Assembly (NCBI GenBank): GCA_016223005.1
Contig: JACRPW010000044.1
Span: 627-64,626 of the forward strand
Direction: 5' to 3'
Length of the DNA: 64,000 nucleotides
Origin: Deltaproteobacteria bacterium
Lineage (GTDB): Bacteria; Desulfobacterota; GWC2-55-46; UBA9637; GWC2-42-11
The notes under the pieces are model-generated. The model ran no database searches, was not told the origin of the DNA, and was given only the letters and a program-made list of their open reading frames with translations. Shown here piece after piece: positions 29,348 through 38,688 of this stretch; position 1 is the first letter of the stretch; every line of letters begins with the position of its first letter. The position numbers were made by a program, and so were the translations under genes.

Positions 29348-29554
29348 GGTGGTTACAAGATTTACCTTTCTTGAATTTATTCTACCCCTGTCCCCCACCC
29401 AAATAAAAACTTATCCACTTTATACCACTTTATCCCACTGTGGCTAAACTATATGCCTCTTGGCAATTCTTGTCAAGTAAATTTTTAAGCAAATTTTAAG
29501 AGTTTTTTTATAATATTTTAGGACTTGAATAAATCCTTAAGAGTGCTATTATAA

Positions 29555-30328
29555 ATGGGCAATATGGTTATTGTTATAGACATAGGCAATACAAATATCG
29601 TAATCGGTGTTTATGATAAAGGTGAATTAGTCCATCACTGGCGGATAGGAACAAAAAAGGCACGTACCGCGGATGAATACGGCATTATGATGATGGACCT
29701 GTTAAATTTTGCAAGGATAAAGACTGCGGATATAAAAGGCGCTATAATCTCCTGTGTTGTCCCGCCGCTAACTGATACATTCTCTGATATGTCAGAAAGA
29801 TATTTTGGAATCAAACCCTTGATAGTTGGACCAGGCATAAAAACAGGCATACCGATTTTGACTGATAATCCAAAAGAGGTTGGTGCTGACAGGATTGTAA
29901 ATGCTGTGGCTGCATACGACAAATACCACTCTGCAGTGATTGTTGTTGATTTTGGCACAGCAACCACATTTGACTACATATCGCCAAAGGGTGAATATAT
30001 GGGCGGGGCAATTGCCCCTGGCATAGGCATATCAACTGATGCGCTCTCTCAAAGGGCTTCAAAACTACCAAGGATTGAGATTGCAAAGCCAAAGAGATTG
30101 GTTGGCAAAAATACAATAGACAGTATGCAGGCAGGCATTTTCTATGGTTATGCAGGGCTTGTAGATGGAATTGCAAAAAGGATGTCCGATGAGGTTGGAA
30201 CAAAGCCAATGCTCGTTGCAACAGGGGGCTTTGCAAAACTTATCACCTCTGAAAGTAAAATCATAAGAGATATAGATGAGTTCCTTACATTAAAGGGCTT
30301 ACTCATTATTTATGAAAGGAATTTATAA
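29555..30328 (+). CDS. coaX: Type III pantothenate kinase
   Basis: [15 protein letters not shown]-terminus and ASKHA fold. Confidence 0.9.
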   Translation: MGNMVIVIDIGNTNIVIGVYDKGELVHHWRIGTKKARTADEYGIMMMDLLNFARIKTADIKGAIISCVVPPLTDTFSDMSERYFGIKPLIVGPGIKTGIPILTDNPKEVGADRIVNAVAAYDKYHSAVIVVDFGTATTFDYISPKGEYMGGAIAPGIGISTDALSQRASKLPRIEIAKPKRLVGKNTIDSMQAGIFYGYAGLVDGIAKRMSDEVGTKPMLVATGGFAKLITSESKIIRDIDEFLTLKGLLIIYERNL

Positions 30329-30344
30329 TAGACAAGGAGATACT

Positions 30345-32441
30345 ATGGAAATCCCCATTGATAAAAAAAGAAATATTACTGTCATTGGCCACAGCGGGGC
30401 AGGCAAGACCACTTTGATGGAATCTATGCTGTTTGATACAAAATCCACTGATAAAATCGGCAGGGTAGATAATGGCTCTTCTGTTTTGGATTTTGAGCCA
30501 GAAGAGATTAAGAGAAAAATCACAATATCCGCAAAGGTGCATTGCTACGAGTGGGATAAGTGTTTAGTAAATATTATAGATTCGCCCGGATATTCGGATT
30601 TTATCCATGATACCAGAGATTGTCTTATGGTCGCAGGCGGAGCAGTCGTTATCCTGTCTGCCATATCCGGGGTAAAGGTTGCCACAGAAGAGGTATGGAA
30701 ATTTGCAGACGAATACGCAGTTTCAAGGATTGCCTTTGTAAACAAGATGGATAAGGAATATGCAAATTTTTTAAGGGCTGTAGATGATATGGAAAAGGTA
30801 TTAAATGTCAAAGGTGTCCCTGTGCAGATTCCGATTGGCATCGCCGAGGATTTTAAAGGTGTGGTTGACCTTATGCACATGAAGGCACTTATTTACAAGG
30901 ATGACCTCTCTGGCACTTACGAAACAAAGGATATCCCTCAGGAACTTATGGAAGATGCAGGGAAGATGCGTGAGCATATGATTGAACTGATTGCTGAAAT
31001 AGATGATGCGCTTACTGAAAAGTATCTAAATGGTGAGAAGTTAACAATAGATGAACTCACAATGGGGTTAAAAGAAGGCACCCTCGCAAGGAGATTTGTG
31101 CCTGTGGTATGCGGTTCTGCATTCAAGAATATAGGCATACAGTCTTTAATGGACATGATAAATATGTGCCTGCCATCACCCATGGAAAAGGGGATTGTGC
31201 GGGGTGTAATAAAAGGTAAAAATCCTGTAACAGGTGAAGAGGTTGAAAGGCATCCGTCTCTTGATGAGCCTTTTTCTGCATTTGTATTCAAAACTACGGT
31301 TGACCCATATACAGGAAGATTAAATATCTTCCGCATACATTCAGGCAGGATAAAATCAGATTCTACGGTCTTAAATTCTTCTAATGGTGTAAAGGAAAAG
31401 ATAAGTCACCTCTATCGTGTTCAGGGGAAAAAACTGAAAGAGATAGGGACAGCAGGTGCAGGTGATATTGTTGCTGTTGCAAAGTTTAAGGATACTGGCA
31501 CAGGCGACACCCTTTGTGATGAGCATCACCCTGTCATTTTTCCAACAATACCACCTGTTAATGCCGTGCTTTCGTATGCAATCACTCCAAAGACAAAATC
31601 TGATGAAGATAAACTGCACCCTGCCATATTAAAACTTATGGACGAAGACCCGACAATAAAATTCTCAAGAGAAGATGAGACAAAGGAGTTTATACTATCG
31701 GGTGTGGGGCAGGTTCATCTTGAGGTGTCTATTGACAAGATGAAAAGGAAATACGGGGTTGATGTTGAATTAAATATCCCGCGGGTGCCTTACAAAGAGA
31801 CAATCCGCTCATCTGTAAAAATACAGGGTAGATATAAAAAACAATCAGGCGGCAGGGGGCAATACGGCGACTGCTGGTTGGAATTAAAGCCGATGCCAAG
31901 AGGCGCAGGATTTGAATTTATTGACAATATCGTAGGCGGTGTTATTCCAAGACAGTATATCCCTGCTGTTGAAAAGGGCGTTGTTGAGGCAATGCACAGC
32001 GGCATACTTGCAGGCTATCCTGCTGTTGATGTTCAGGTTACTTTGTATGATGGCTCATACCACTCTGTTGACTCCTCTGAGATGGCATTTAAAATCGCAG
32101 GCTCAATGGCTTTTAAAAAGGCTATGGAGATGGCTCATCCTGTCCTTCTTGAACCCGTAATGAGAGTGGAAATAAATGTGCCTGATGAAAGTATGGGTGA
32201 TGTTATAGGAGACATAAACTCAAGACGGGGTAAGATACAAGGTGTTGAACCAAAGGCAAACAGCCAGACAATAAAGGCAGTTGTGCCAATGGCAGAGGTT
32301 CTGAAATATACATCAGATTTAAGAGGCATGACAGGTGACAGGGGCATGTTTACAATGGAGTTTTCGCATTATGAAGATGTGCCGACACACCTTTCACAGA
32401 AGATAATAATTGCTGCAAAGGCAGGGAAAGAGAAGGAATAG
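30345..32441 (+). CDS. Elongation factor G family GTPase (EF-G paralog). The likely start is MEIPIDKKRN. The listed ORF starts at 30312.
   Basis: GHSGAGKTTL and DSPGYSDF G-motifs. The five-domain EF-G architecture runs through the C-terminal domains. Confidence 0.85.
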   Translation: MEIPIDKKRNITVIGHSGAGKTTLMESMLFDTKSTDKIGRVDNGSSVLDFEPEEIKRKITISAKVHCYEWDKCLVNIIDSPGYSDFIHDTRDCLMVAGGAVVILSAISGVKVATEEVWKFADEYAVSRIAFVNKMDKEYANFLRAVDDMEKVLNVKGVPVQIPIGIAEDFKGVVDLMHMKALIYKDDLSGTYETKDIPQELMEDAGKMREHMIELIAEIDDALTEKYLNGEKLTIDELTMGLKEGTLARRFVPVVCGSAFKNIGIQSLMDMINMCLPSPMEKGIVRGVIKGKNPVTGEEVERHPSLDEPFSAFVFKTTVDPYTGRLNIFRIHSGRIKSDSTVLNSSNGVKEKISHLYRVQGKKLKEIGTAGAGDIVAVAKFKDTGTGDTLCDEHHPVIFPTIPPVNAVLSYAITPKTKSDEDKLHPAILKLMDEDPTIKFSREDETKEFILSGVGQVHLEVSIDKMKRKYGVDVELNIPRVPYKETIRSSVKIQGRYKKQSGGRGQYGDCWLELKPMPRGAGFEFIDNIVGGVIPRQYIPAVEKGVVEAMHSGILAGYPAVDVQVTLYDGSYHSVDSSEMAFKIAGSMAFKKAMEMAHPVLLEPVMRVEINVPDESMGDVIGDINSRRGKIQGVEPKANSQTIKAVVPMAEVLKYTSDLRGMTGDRGMFTMEFSHYEDVPTHLSQKIIIAAKAGKEKE

Positions 32442-32765
32442 ATACAATCTATACTCTATCAGGGTTCGCGATACACTTACTATCTTTACATATCGGCTTC
32501 CCAGAGTTACTGATTTAGGTGTTGGTGCTGGTTTCTGAACAGGTGGTTGAACTACTTTTGGTGGCGGTGGTGGTGCCGGTGGTTGTATTTTCTTTTGCTC
32601 AAGTGCTTTTTGCATCTGTATCAACTGTGCCTCTGCATTTTTCAGGACACTTTGCATTTCTTGTATTTGCTGCGGAGTCGCTTGAGCACCCTGTAAATTC
32701 TTGTTAGGCACTGAAAATATTACAACTACAAATACAATTAAAAAATTTGCAAATAACCTTTTCAT
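32394..32765 (-). CDS. Hypothetical small secreted protein (signal peptide, coiled coil, Pro-rich PPAPPPPPK tract)
   Basis: ORF with an N-terminal hydrophobic signal-like segment. It overlaps the EF-G 3' end convergently by ~48 nt. No homology call was made. Confidence 0.35.
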   Translation of the reverse strand: MKRLFANFLIVFVVVIFSVPNKNLQGAQATPQQIQEMQSVLKNAEAQLIQMQKALEQKKIQPPAPPPPPKVVQPPVQKPAPTPKSVTLGSRYVKIVSVSRTLIEYRLYLFLLFPCLCSNYYLL

Positions 32766-33109
32766 AATCTAACCCTCCTGTTTTTAACAGGGTGTTGAAA
32801 AAATCTTCTCCAACGGAAAAAGTGTCATGCCCGCGAAAGCGGGCATCCAGTAACATATTGAAAAAACTGCACGTCAAAGGGGGTCAAATCTTTTCCTTTC
32901 TATGCAGGAAAAGGGGACAGATTTATTTAATTGACAGGAAAAGGGGAGACAGGAAAATCTTTTCCTTTCTATGGGGTATCCTCCTTTTATGTGTTCTTTT
33001 GGCTATGGGAAGGATACCCCTTTCTTATCTCTAACACAAACTATGATACATTACCGCTACTTTTAAAGTTTGGTATGTTTAACAATTCTGTGATAGTATT
33101 TAGCTGCGT

Positions 33110-33185
33110 CGGATTTCACCTCCCGGTATGTATTGTTGTCAGCAAAACTATACCAGATACGGCTGAAATCCGATGCACTTTTTTA
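33110..33185 (+). terminator. Intrinsic-terminator-like structure: 10-bp stem tcggatttca/tgaaatccga enclosing a sub-hairpin, followed by TTTTTT
   Basis: Inverted repeat and T-run read directly. It sits in a 600-nt gene-poor region ~235 nt upstream of the OppF-like ATPase start. Confidence 0.5.
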
Positions 33186-33419
33186 TCTCATTGATATTGC
33201 ACGGCTTTTAGTCATATGTTACACTAATACCAACTTTTTTATGAAAGAACCAACAATTTTCTCATATGAACTTGAACTTAATAATGAATTGATTAGAAAG
33301 AGCGCCTAACAATCAAATCCATGAGACGGTGCGCTAGCCCGCCTGTGATTTAAGCCGTTATTATGATAAATTATGAACGAAATAGGGGAAGTGTCCCTGT
33401 ATTTTCTGTATTTTGTAAT

Positions 33420-34409
33420 ATGGGTAACTTACTTACAATAAAAAACTTAAAAAAGCACTTCCATGTGAGCAGGGGGATATTTGATAGACACGGCAGCACA
33501 GTGTATGCTGTTGACGGTGTGGGTCTATCTGTAAAAAAGGGCGAGACCTTTGGTCTTGTCGGAGAATCAGGGTGCGGCAAATCAACACTTGCAAGGGTTG
33601 TGATGCGGCTTATAGAACCAACAGGTGGGAGTATCATCTTCGATGGTCGTGATATATCATCTCTATCGCAAAGAGAGATGATTCCGATTAGAAGAAAGGT
33701 GCAGATGATATTTCAAGACCCTTATGCATCTTTAAACCCGAGGATGACAGTTGGGGATATTATTGGAGAGGCACTTATAATACACAAACTTGCAGAAAGT
33801 AATGTTCAGAAGAATAATATTGTTGCAAAACTTATGGATGTGGTTGGTCTTCCAAAGGATTCTATAAACCGCTACCCGCATGAATTCAGCGGAGGTCAGA
33901 GACAGAGAGTCGGCATAGCAAGGGCGCTTGCAGTAAAACCTGATTTAATCATTGCAGATGAACCTATATCTGCCCTTGATGTATCTATTCAGGCACAGAT
34001 TCTAAACTTGTTACAGGATTTGCAGAAGGAATTTAATCTCACATACCTTTTTATAGCCCATGATTTAAGGGTTGTGGAGTATATAAGCGACAGGATTGCG
34101 GTTATGTATCTTGGAAAGATCGTTGAACTCGGAAATGCCAGCGATGTTTATAATCACCCTGTCCATCCATATACTGAGTCGCTTTTGTCTTCTATACCAA
34201 TACTGGGGACAGATTTGAAATCTGTCCCCACTGTCCACAAAAAAAAGAAGAGGATAATACTTAAAGGTGACATACCAAGCCCTATGAACCCGCCTTCAGG
34301 CTGTGCATTTCACACAAGGTGTATATATGCACAGGAAAGGTGCAAGATAGAAGCACCGCTGCTGACAGAAAGGGATGGAAGGGTTGCGTCATGCCACTTC
34401 CCGTTATAA
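33420..34409 (+). CDS. ABC transporter ATP-binding protein, oligopeptide/dipeptide (OppF/DppF-like) family with a Cys-containing C-terminal extension. No cognate permease is adjacent. The listed ORF starts at 33363.
   Basis: Walker A GESGCGKST, ABC signature LSGGQRQRV, Walker B IIADEP, and a C-terminal CAFHTRC...C tail. Confidence 0.85.
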   Translation: MGNLLTIKNLKKHFHVSRGIFDRHGSTVYAVDGVGLSVKKGETFGLVGESGCGKSTLARVVMRLIEPTGGSIIFDGRDISSLSQREMIPIRRKVQMIFQDPYASLNPRMTVGDIIGEALIIHKLAESNVQKNNIVAKLMDVVGLPKDSINRYPHEFSGGQRQRVGIARALAVKPDLIIADEPISALDVSIQAQILNLLQDLQKEFNLTYLFIAHDLRVVEYISDRIAVMYLGKIVELGNASDVYNHPVHPYTESLLSSIPILGTDLKSVPTVHKKKKRIILKGDIPSPMNPPSGCAFHTRCIYAQERCKIEAPLLTERDGRVASCHFPL

Positions 34410-34420
34410 GAGGAGGAAAG

Positions 34421-35392
34421 ATGAAAAAGATTATGGTTACAGGATGTGCAGGGTTTATAGGCTGCATGGTTGCGAGAAAACTACTTGATGAAGACATTCA
34501 TGTAATAGGCATTGACAATCTAAATAACTATTATGATGTAACCTTGAAAACCCATCGTCTTGATGGGTTAAAGAGGTATAAAAACTTTACATTCAATCCT
34601 CTTGATATAGAAAACCTGAAAGCTATGGAGGATATATTCAGGCACAATAATCTTCTGGCTGTTATAAATCTTGCTGCAAGGGCAGGTGTCAGATACAGCA
34701 TGGAAAATCCGCATGTCTATATGACTACCAATGCCAATGGCACATTAAATCTCCTTGAACTTATGAAAAAATATGGTATAAAAAAGATGGTCCTTGCCTC
34801 TACATCATCTCTGTATGCAGGACAGAAAATCCCATTTTCAGAAGACCTGCCTGTTAATACCCCTATTTCACCTTATGCAGCATCAAAAAAGGCGGCAGAG
34901 GTAATGGCATATACATACCATTACCTTTATGGGCTGGACATATCAGTGGTGCGGTATTTTACTGTGTATGGACCTGCAGGCAGACCTGACATGAGTATAT
35001 TCAGATTCATAAAATGGATAGACGAAGGGGTGCCTTTAGAACTGTTTGGCGATGGTTCACAAAGCAGAGACTTTACCTATATAGATGATATAGCGAATGG
35101 GACAATAAAGGGGCTTAAAAGTCTTGGATATGAAATAATAAATCTGGGCGGCGGAAAAGAGCCGACATCACTCAATTATGTAATAGATAGACTTGAAGGA
35201 TACTTAGGCAAAAAGGCTAAAATAGATTACAAACCATTTCATAAGGCTGATATGACAAAGACCGAAGCAGATATAACAAAGGCAAAGAAACTCATTGACT
35301 GGGAACCTCAGACTGACTTAGATGAAGGGTTAAAAAAGACAGTTGACTGGTATATTGAAAACAGTGATTGGCTAAAAGAAATAAAAATTTAA
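34421..35392 (+). CDS. NAD-dependent nucleotide-sugar epimerase (UDP-glucuronate 4-epimerase-like SDR). The GAGGAGG SD precedes the ATG at 34421.
   Basis: GCAGFIG Rossmann motif, YxxxK (YAASKKA), and IDNLNNYYD typical of the Cap1J/LpsL family. Confidence 0.8.
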   Translation: MKKIMVTGCAGFIGCMVARKLLDEDIHVIGIDNLNNYYDVTLKTHRLDGLKRYKNFTFNPLDIENLKAMEDIFRHNNLLAVINLAARAGVRYSMENPHVYMTTNANGTLNLLELMKKYGIKKMVLASTSSLYAGQKIPFSEDLPVNTPISPYAASKKAAEVMAYTYHYLYGLDISVVRYFTVYGPAGRPDMSIFRFIKWIDEGVPLELFGDGSQSRDFTYIDDIANGTIKGLKSLGYEIINLGGGKEPTSLNYVIDRLEGYLGKKAKIDYKPFHKADMTKTEADITKAKKLIDWEPQTDLDEGLKKTVDWYIENSDWLKEIKI

Positions 35393-35408
35393 CTGCAAGG
35401 AGTGTGCA

Positions 35409-35918
35409 ATAGATAACGAGAATATTAATTGGTATGCTGTTCATGTCAGGTCAAGACATGAGTTTAAGGTATTTGAGCATCTGACGAGGTCAGGGATAGA
35501 TACATTTCTTCCTGTAGTGGAAAGGCTTTCCAGATGGAAGGACAGGAAGAAGTTAATAGATTTCCCGCTTTTCCCGGGTTATATGTTTGTGCATATCCAA
35601 AAGGTTTATGATACCATGCTCTCTGTTCTCAAAACACCGGGTGTTGTAAGGATGCTTGGGCTTTCTGCATCTGAGCCATATCCTGTGCCTGAAGAACAAA
35701 TCATATCTTTAAAAAAACTTATTGCATGCAAGCAAGACATTGACCCTTACCCGTATCTCAAGGAAGGGAAGATGATTAGAATAAAAAGCGGGCCTTTTAA
35801 AGGCATTGAAGGAATACTTGCAAAAAAGCATGACAAACACATGCTTGTAATTTCTATTGATGTCTTACAGCGGGGTGTTGCGGTAAGAATAGCAGCATCT
35901 GATGTGGAGATGATTTAA
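35409..35918 (+). CDS. NusG-family transcription antiterminator paralog (UpxY/LoaP-like: NGN domain plus KOW). The NGN domain is encoded upstream of the listed ATG (35517). The reading frame opens at 35385 with no canonical start codon; ATA 35409 follows an AAGGAG SD.
   Basis: Upstream in-frame translation reads NINWYAVHVRSRHEFKVFEHLTRSGIDTFLPVVE (NGN motif). The C-terminus has a KOW-like GKMIRIKSGPFKGIEGIL. Confidence 0.6.
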   Translation: MDNENINWYAVHVRSRHEFKVFEHLTRSGIDTFLPVVERLSRWKDRKKLIDFPLFPGYMFVHIQKVYDTMLSVLKTPGVVRMLGLSASEPYPVPEEQIISLKKLIACKQDIDPYPYLKEGKMIRIKSGPFKGIEGILAKKHDKHMLVISIDVLQRGVAVRIAASDVEMI

Positions 35919-35952
35919 AGGCGGGAAAGGCTGGAAAAAAGGGGGACTCAAA

Positions 35953-37257
35953 ATGGAATTGGTTCAGATGATTAAGTCAAAGAGTGCCAGAATTGGCATA
36001 ATTGGTCTTGGGTATGTTGGACTTCCGCTTGTTATTGAATTCTGTAAGGCAGGATTCAAGGTTACAGGCTTTGATGTGGATAATGAAAAGGTAGAACTGT
36101 TAAAACAGGGCAAGAGTTATATAAAACATATTGACTCAAAACTCATAACTCAAAACTCAAAACTCTTCATTCCAACAACCGATTTTAGTCAGTTGTCAAC
36201 TATGGACTGCATCATTATATGCGTTCCCACACCGCTGAATAAATACCGCGAACCTGATATGTCATATGTTTTTAATACAACTAAGACCATTGCGAAGTAT
36301 CTAAAAAGAGGTCAGATTATAATTCTGGAATCAACTACATATCCAGGCACAACAGATGAAGATGTAAAAGAAATACTTGAGGAATCAGGGTTAAAGGCAG
36401 GAGAGGACTTTTATCTTGCATTTTCTCCTGAGAGAGAAGACCCGAACAACAGGGATTTTTCCACAAGCACAATTCCTAAGGTTGTTGGCGGTTTCACCCC
36501 AAAATGTCTTGAGATAGCCCGAACACTTTATGACAATATAGTTGTTAAGACAGTCCCTGTTTCATCTACAAGAACTGCTGAGGCGACTAAACTCCTTGAA
36601 AATATCTATCGCGCAGTAAACATTGCCCTTGTGAATGAACTCAAAATGCTATTTGACAGGATGGGGATTGATGTATGGGAGGTAATAGAGGCATCAAAGA
36701 CAAAGCCTTTTGGCTTTCAGGCATTCTATCCGGGACCAGGACTCGGTGGGCACTGCATTCCGGTTGACCCCTTCTATCTTACATGGAAGGCGCGGGAATA
36801 TGACTTTTCAACAAGGTTTATTGAACTTGCAGGCGAGATAAATACGAATATGCCCTATTATGTTGTTCAAAGGACTATAGAGGCATTGAACGAAAGAGGT
36901 AAGAGTATAAATGGTGCAAAGGTTTTGATATTAGGGCTTGCATATAAAAAAGATGTGGATGACCCAAGAGAATCCCCGTCTTTCAGACTTATAGAGTTGT
37001 TGGAGGGAAAAGGTGCAATTGTTGATTATAATGACCCCTACATACCAAAGGCGCCAAAGATGAGAAGGCATAAGATTAATAAGGAATCTGTCCTATTAAC
37101 AAAGGAAAATCTGGCGGGATATGACTGTATTGTTATAGCGACTGACCATTCAAGTTATGATGCAGAGTTTATAGTGAATAATTCAAATCTTATAATTGAT
37201 ACCAGAAATCTTGTCGGCAAAAAAGGCATAAAGGATAGGAGGGTGGTAAAGGCATGA
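35953..37257 (+). CDS. Nucleotide-sugar dehydrogenase (UDP-glucose / UDP-N-acetylhexosamine 6-dehydrogenase family) with an in-frame ctcaaaa x5 repeat insertion (KLITQNSKLF)
   Basis: IGLGYVGLP NAD-binding motif and catalytic GGHCIPVDP. Confidence 0.85.
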   Translation: MELVQMIKSKSARIGIIGLGYVGLPLVIEFCKAGFKVTGFDVDNEKVELLKQGKSYIKHIDSKLITQNSKLFIPTTDFSQLSTMDCIIICVPTPLNKYREPDMSYVFNTTKTIAKYLKRGQIIILESTTYPGTTDEDVKEILEESGLKAGEDFYLAFSPEREDPNNRDFSTSTIPKVVGGFTPKCLEIARTLYDNIVVKTVPVSSTRTAEATKLLENIYRAVNIALVNELKMLFDRMGIDVWEVIEASKTKPFGFQAFYPGPGLGGHCIPVDPFYLTWKAREYDFSTRFIELAGEINTNMPYYVVQRTIEALNERGKSINGAKVLILGLAYKKDVDDPRESPSFRLIELLEGKGAIVDYNDPYIPKAPKMRRHKINKESVLLTKENLAGYDCIVIATDHSSYDAEFIVNNSNLIIDTRNLVGKKGIKDRRVVKA

Positions 37258-38687
37258 TAGTAAGTGAAAAGATATTCAGGGAATACGATATACGCGGAGA
37301 GGTAGGGAAAGATATTGATAGAGATATTGCTATCTCCATTGGTAAGGCATTTGCCTCTTTTGTCAGAGTGAAAATCCCTGATGCGAGGTGTGTAAGTGTT
37401 GGAAGGGATGTGAGGATAAGTTCAGATGATTTAGCATCAGGGGTAATGGAGGGGATAGCCTCTTCGGGTCTTGATGTATATGATGTCGGGGTTTGTCCAA
37501 CACCGCTTCAATACTTTTCTCTGTTTCACCTAAATCTTGATGGCGGCATAATGGTTACAGGCAGCCATAATCCGCCTGAATATAATGGCTTTAAGATAAG
37601 TATCGGCAAAGACACTATTCACGGTGAGGATATACAAAGGATAAAAGAGGAGATACTAAAAGGAGAGTCAGTGATTTCCGGAAAGATAGGAGATATTAAA
37701 AGATATAACATAACTACAGCATATAAGGACTATATGCTGAAAGAGTTTTTATATCTTAATGATTCAAGGTTTAAAAGGTTAAAGATAGTTGTAGATGCTG
37801 GTAACGGCACAGGAGGTATTGTTGCCCCTGAAATCTTAAGTGCGATAGGCTGTGAAGTGACACCGCTTTATTGCGAGCCTGATGGAAATTTTCCAAATCA
37901 TCACCCAGACCCTACAGTAGTTGAATACATACAGGATTTGATTGGCAAGACTAAAGAGTTGGGTGCAGATATGGGGGTTGGATATGATGGTGATGCTGAC
38001 AGAATTGGAATAGTAAATAGAGATGGTGGTATTGTATGGGGCGACCAATTGATGATAATCTTAAGCCGTGAGATATTAAAACAGAGAAAAGGTGCAAAGA
38101 TAATTGCTGATGTTAAATGTTCTCAAATTCTGTTTGATGATGTGAAAAACCACGGCGGCATACCGATTATGTGGAAGACAGGGCATTCACTTATAAAGCA
38201 AAAGATGCGGGATGAAGGGGCGGTTGTTGCAGGGGAATTCAGCGGACATATATTTATCAAGGACAGATATTTTGGATATGATGATGCAATCTATACTACC
38301 TTAAGACTTGTAGAAATCATGAAGAATACAGGCAGTGATATAAAGAAACTTCTTTCTGATATTCCAAATATGTATTATACACCCGAGATAAGGATTGATT
38401 GTCCTGATGAAATAAAAAAAGATGTGGTTAAACAGATTGTATCCAGATTTATAGGATATAAAAAAAATGGCGGATGTGAATATAATATTAAGGATGTGAA
38501 TACAATAGACGGCGTCAGGATTACATTTGAAAACGGGTGGGGGCTTTTAAGGACAAGCAACACACAGCCGGTAGTGGTTATGCGGGTTGAGGCAGAAGAC
38601 AAGGAGAGTTTAAACAGTTACAGGCTGTTTCTTGAGAATGAACTTAAAAATGCACCTGTCTGCCGACAGGCAGGGAGGACAGTGTAA
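37254..38687 (+). CDS. Phosphomannomutase/phosphoglucomutase (alpha-D-phosphohexomutase)
   Basis: Active-site TGSHNPPEYNGFK and the domain order of the PMM/PGM family. Confidence 0.9.
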   Translation: MIVSEKIFREYDIRGEVGKDIDRDIAISIGKAFASFVRVKIPDARCVSVGRDVRISSDDLASGVMEGIASSGLDVYDVGVCPTPLQYFSLFHLNLDGGIMVTGSHNPPEYNGFKISIGKDTIHGEDIQRIKEEILKGESVISGKIGDIKRYNITTAYKDYMLKEFLYLNDSRFKRLKIVVDAGNGTGGIVAPEILSAIGCEVTPLYCEPDGNFPNHHPDPTVVEYIQDLIGKTKELGADMGVGYDGDADRIGIVNRDGGIVWGDQLMIILSREILKQRKGAKIIADVKCSQILFDDVKNHGGIPIMWKTGHSLIKQKMRDEGAVVAGEFSGHIFIKDRYFGYDDAIYTTLRLVEIMKNTGSDIKKLLSDIPNMYYTPEIRIDCPDEIKKDVVKQIVSRFIGYKKNGGCEYNIKDVNTIDGVRITFENGWGLLRTSNTQPVVVMRVEAEDKESLNSYRLFLENELKNAPVCRQAGRTV

Positions 38688-38688
38688 G

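Noticed and set aside
29399-29554. Strong consensus promoter for the dcw cluster or coaX in the divergent spacer
   Set aside because: TTGTCA and TATAAT hexamers exist but are 33 nt apart. No pair with a 16-18-nt spacer was convincing, so the promoter was left uncalled.
32792-33194. ORFs 32792..33034 and 32931..33194 as protein genes
   Set aside because: They span hairpins and duplicated low-complexity segments, have no SD or conserved motifs, and one ends inside the terminator stem. The region is more likely non-coding.
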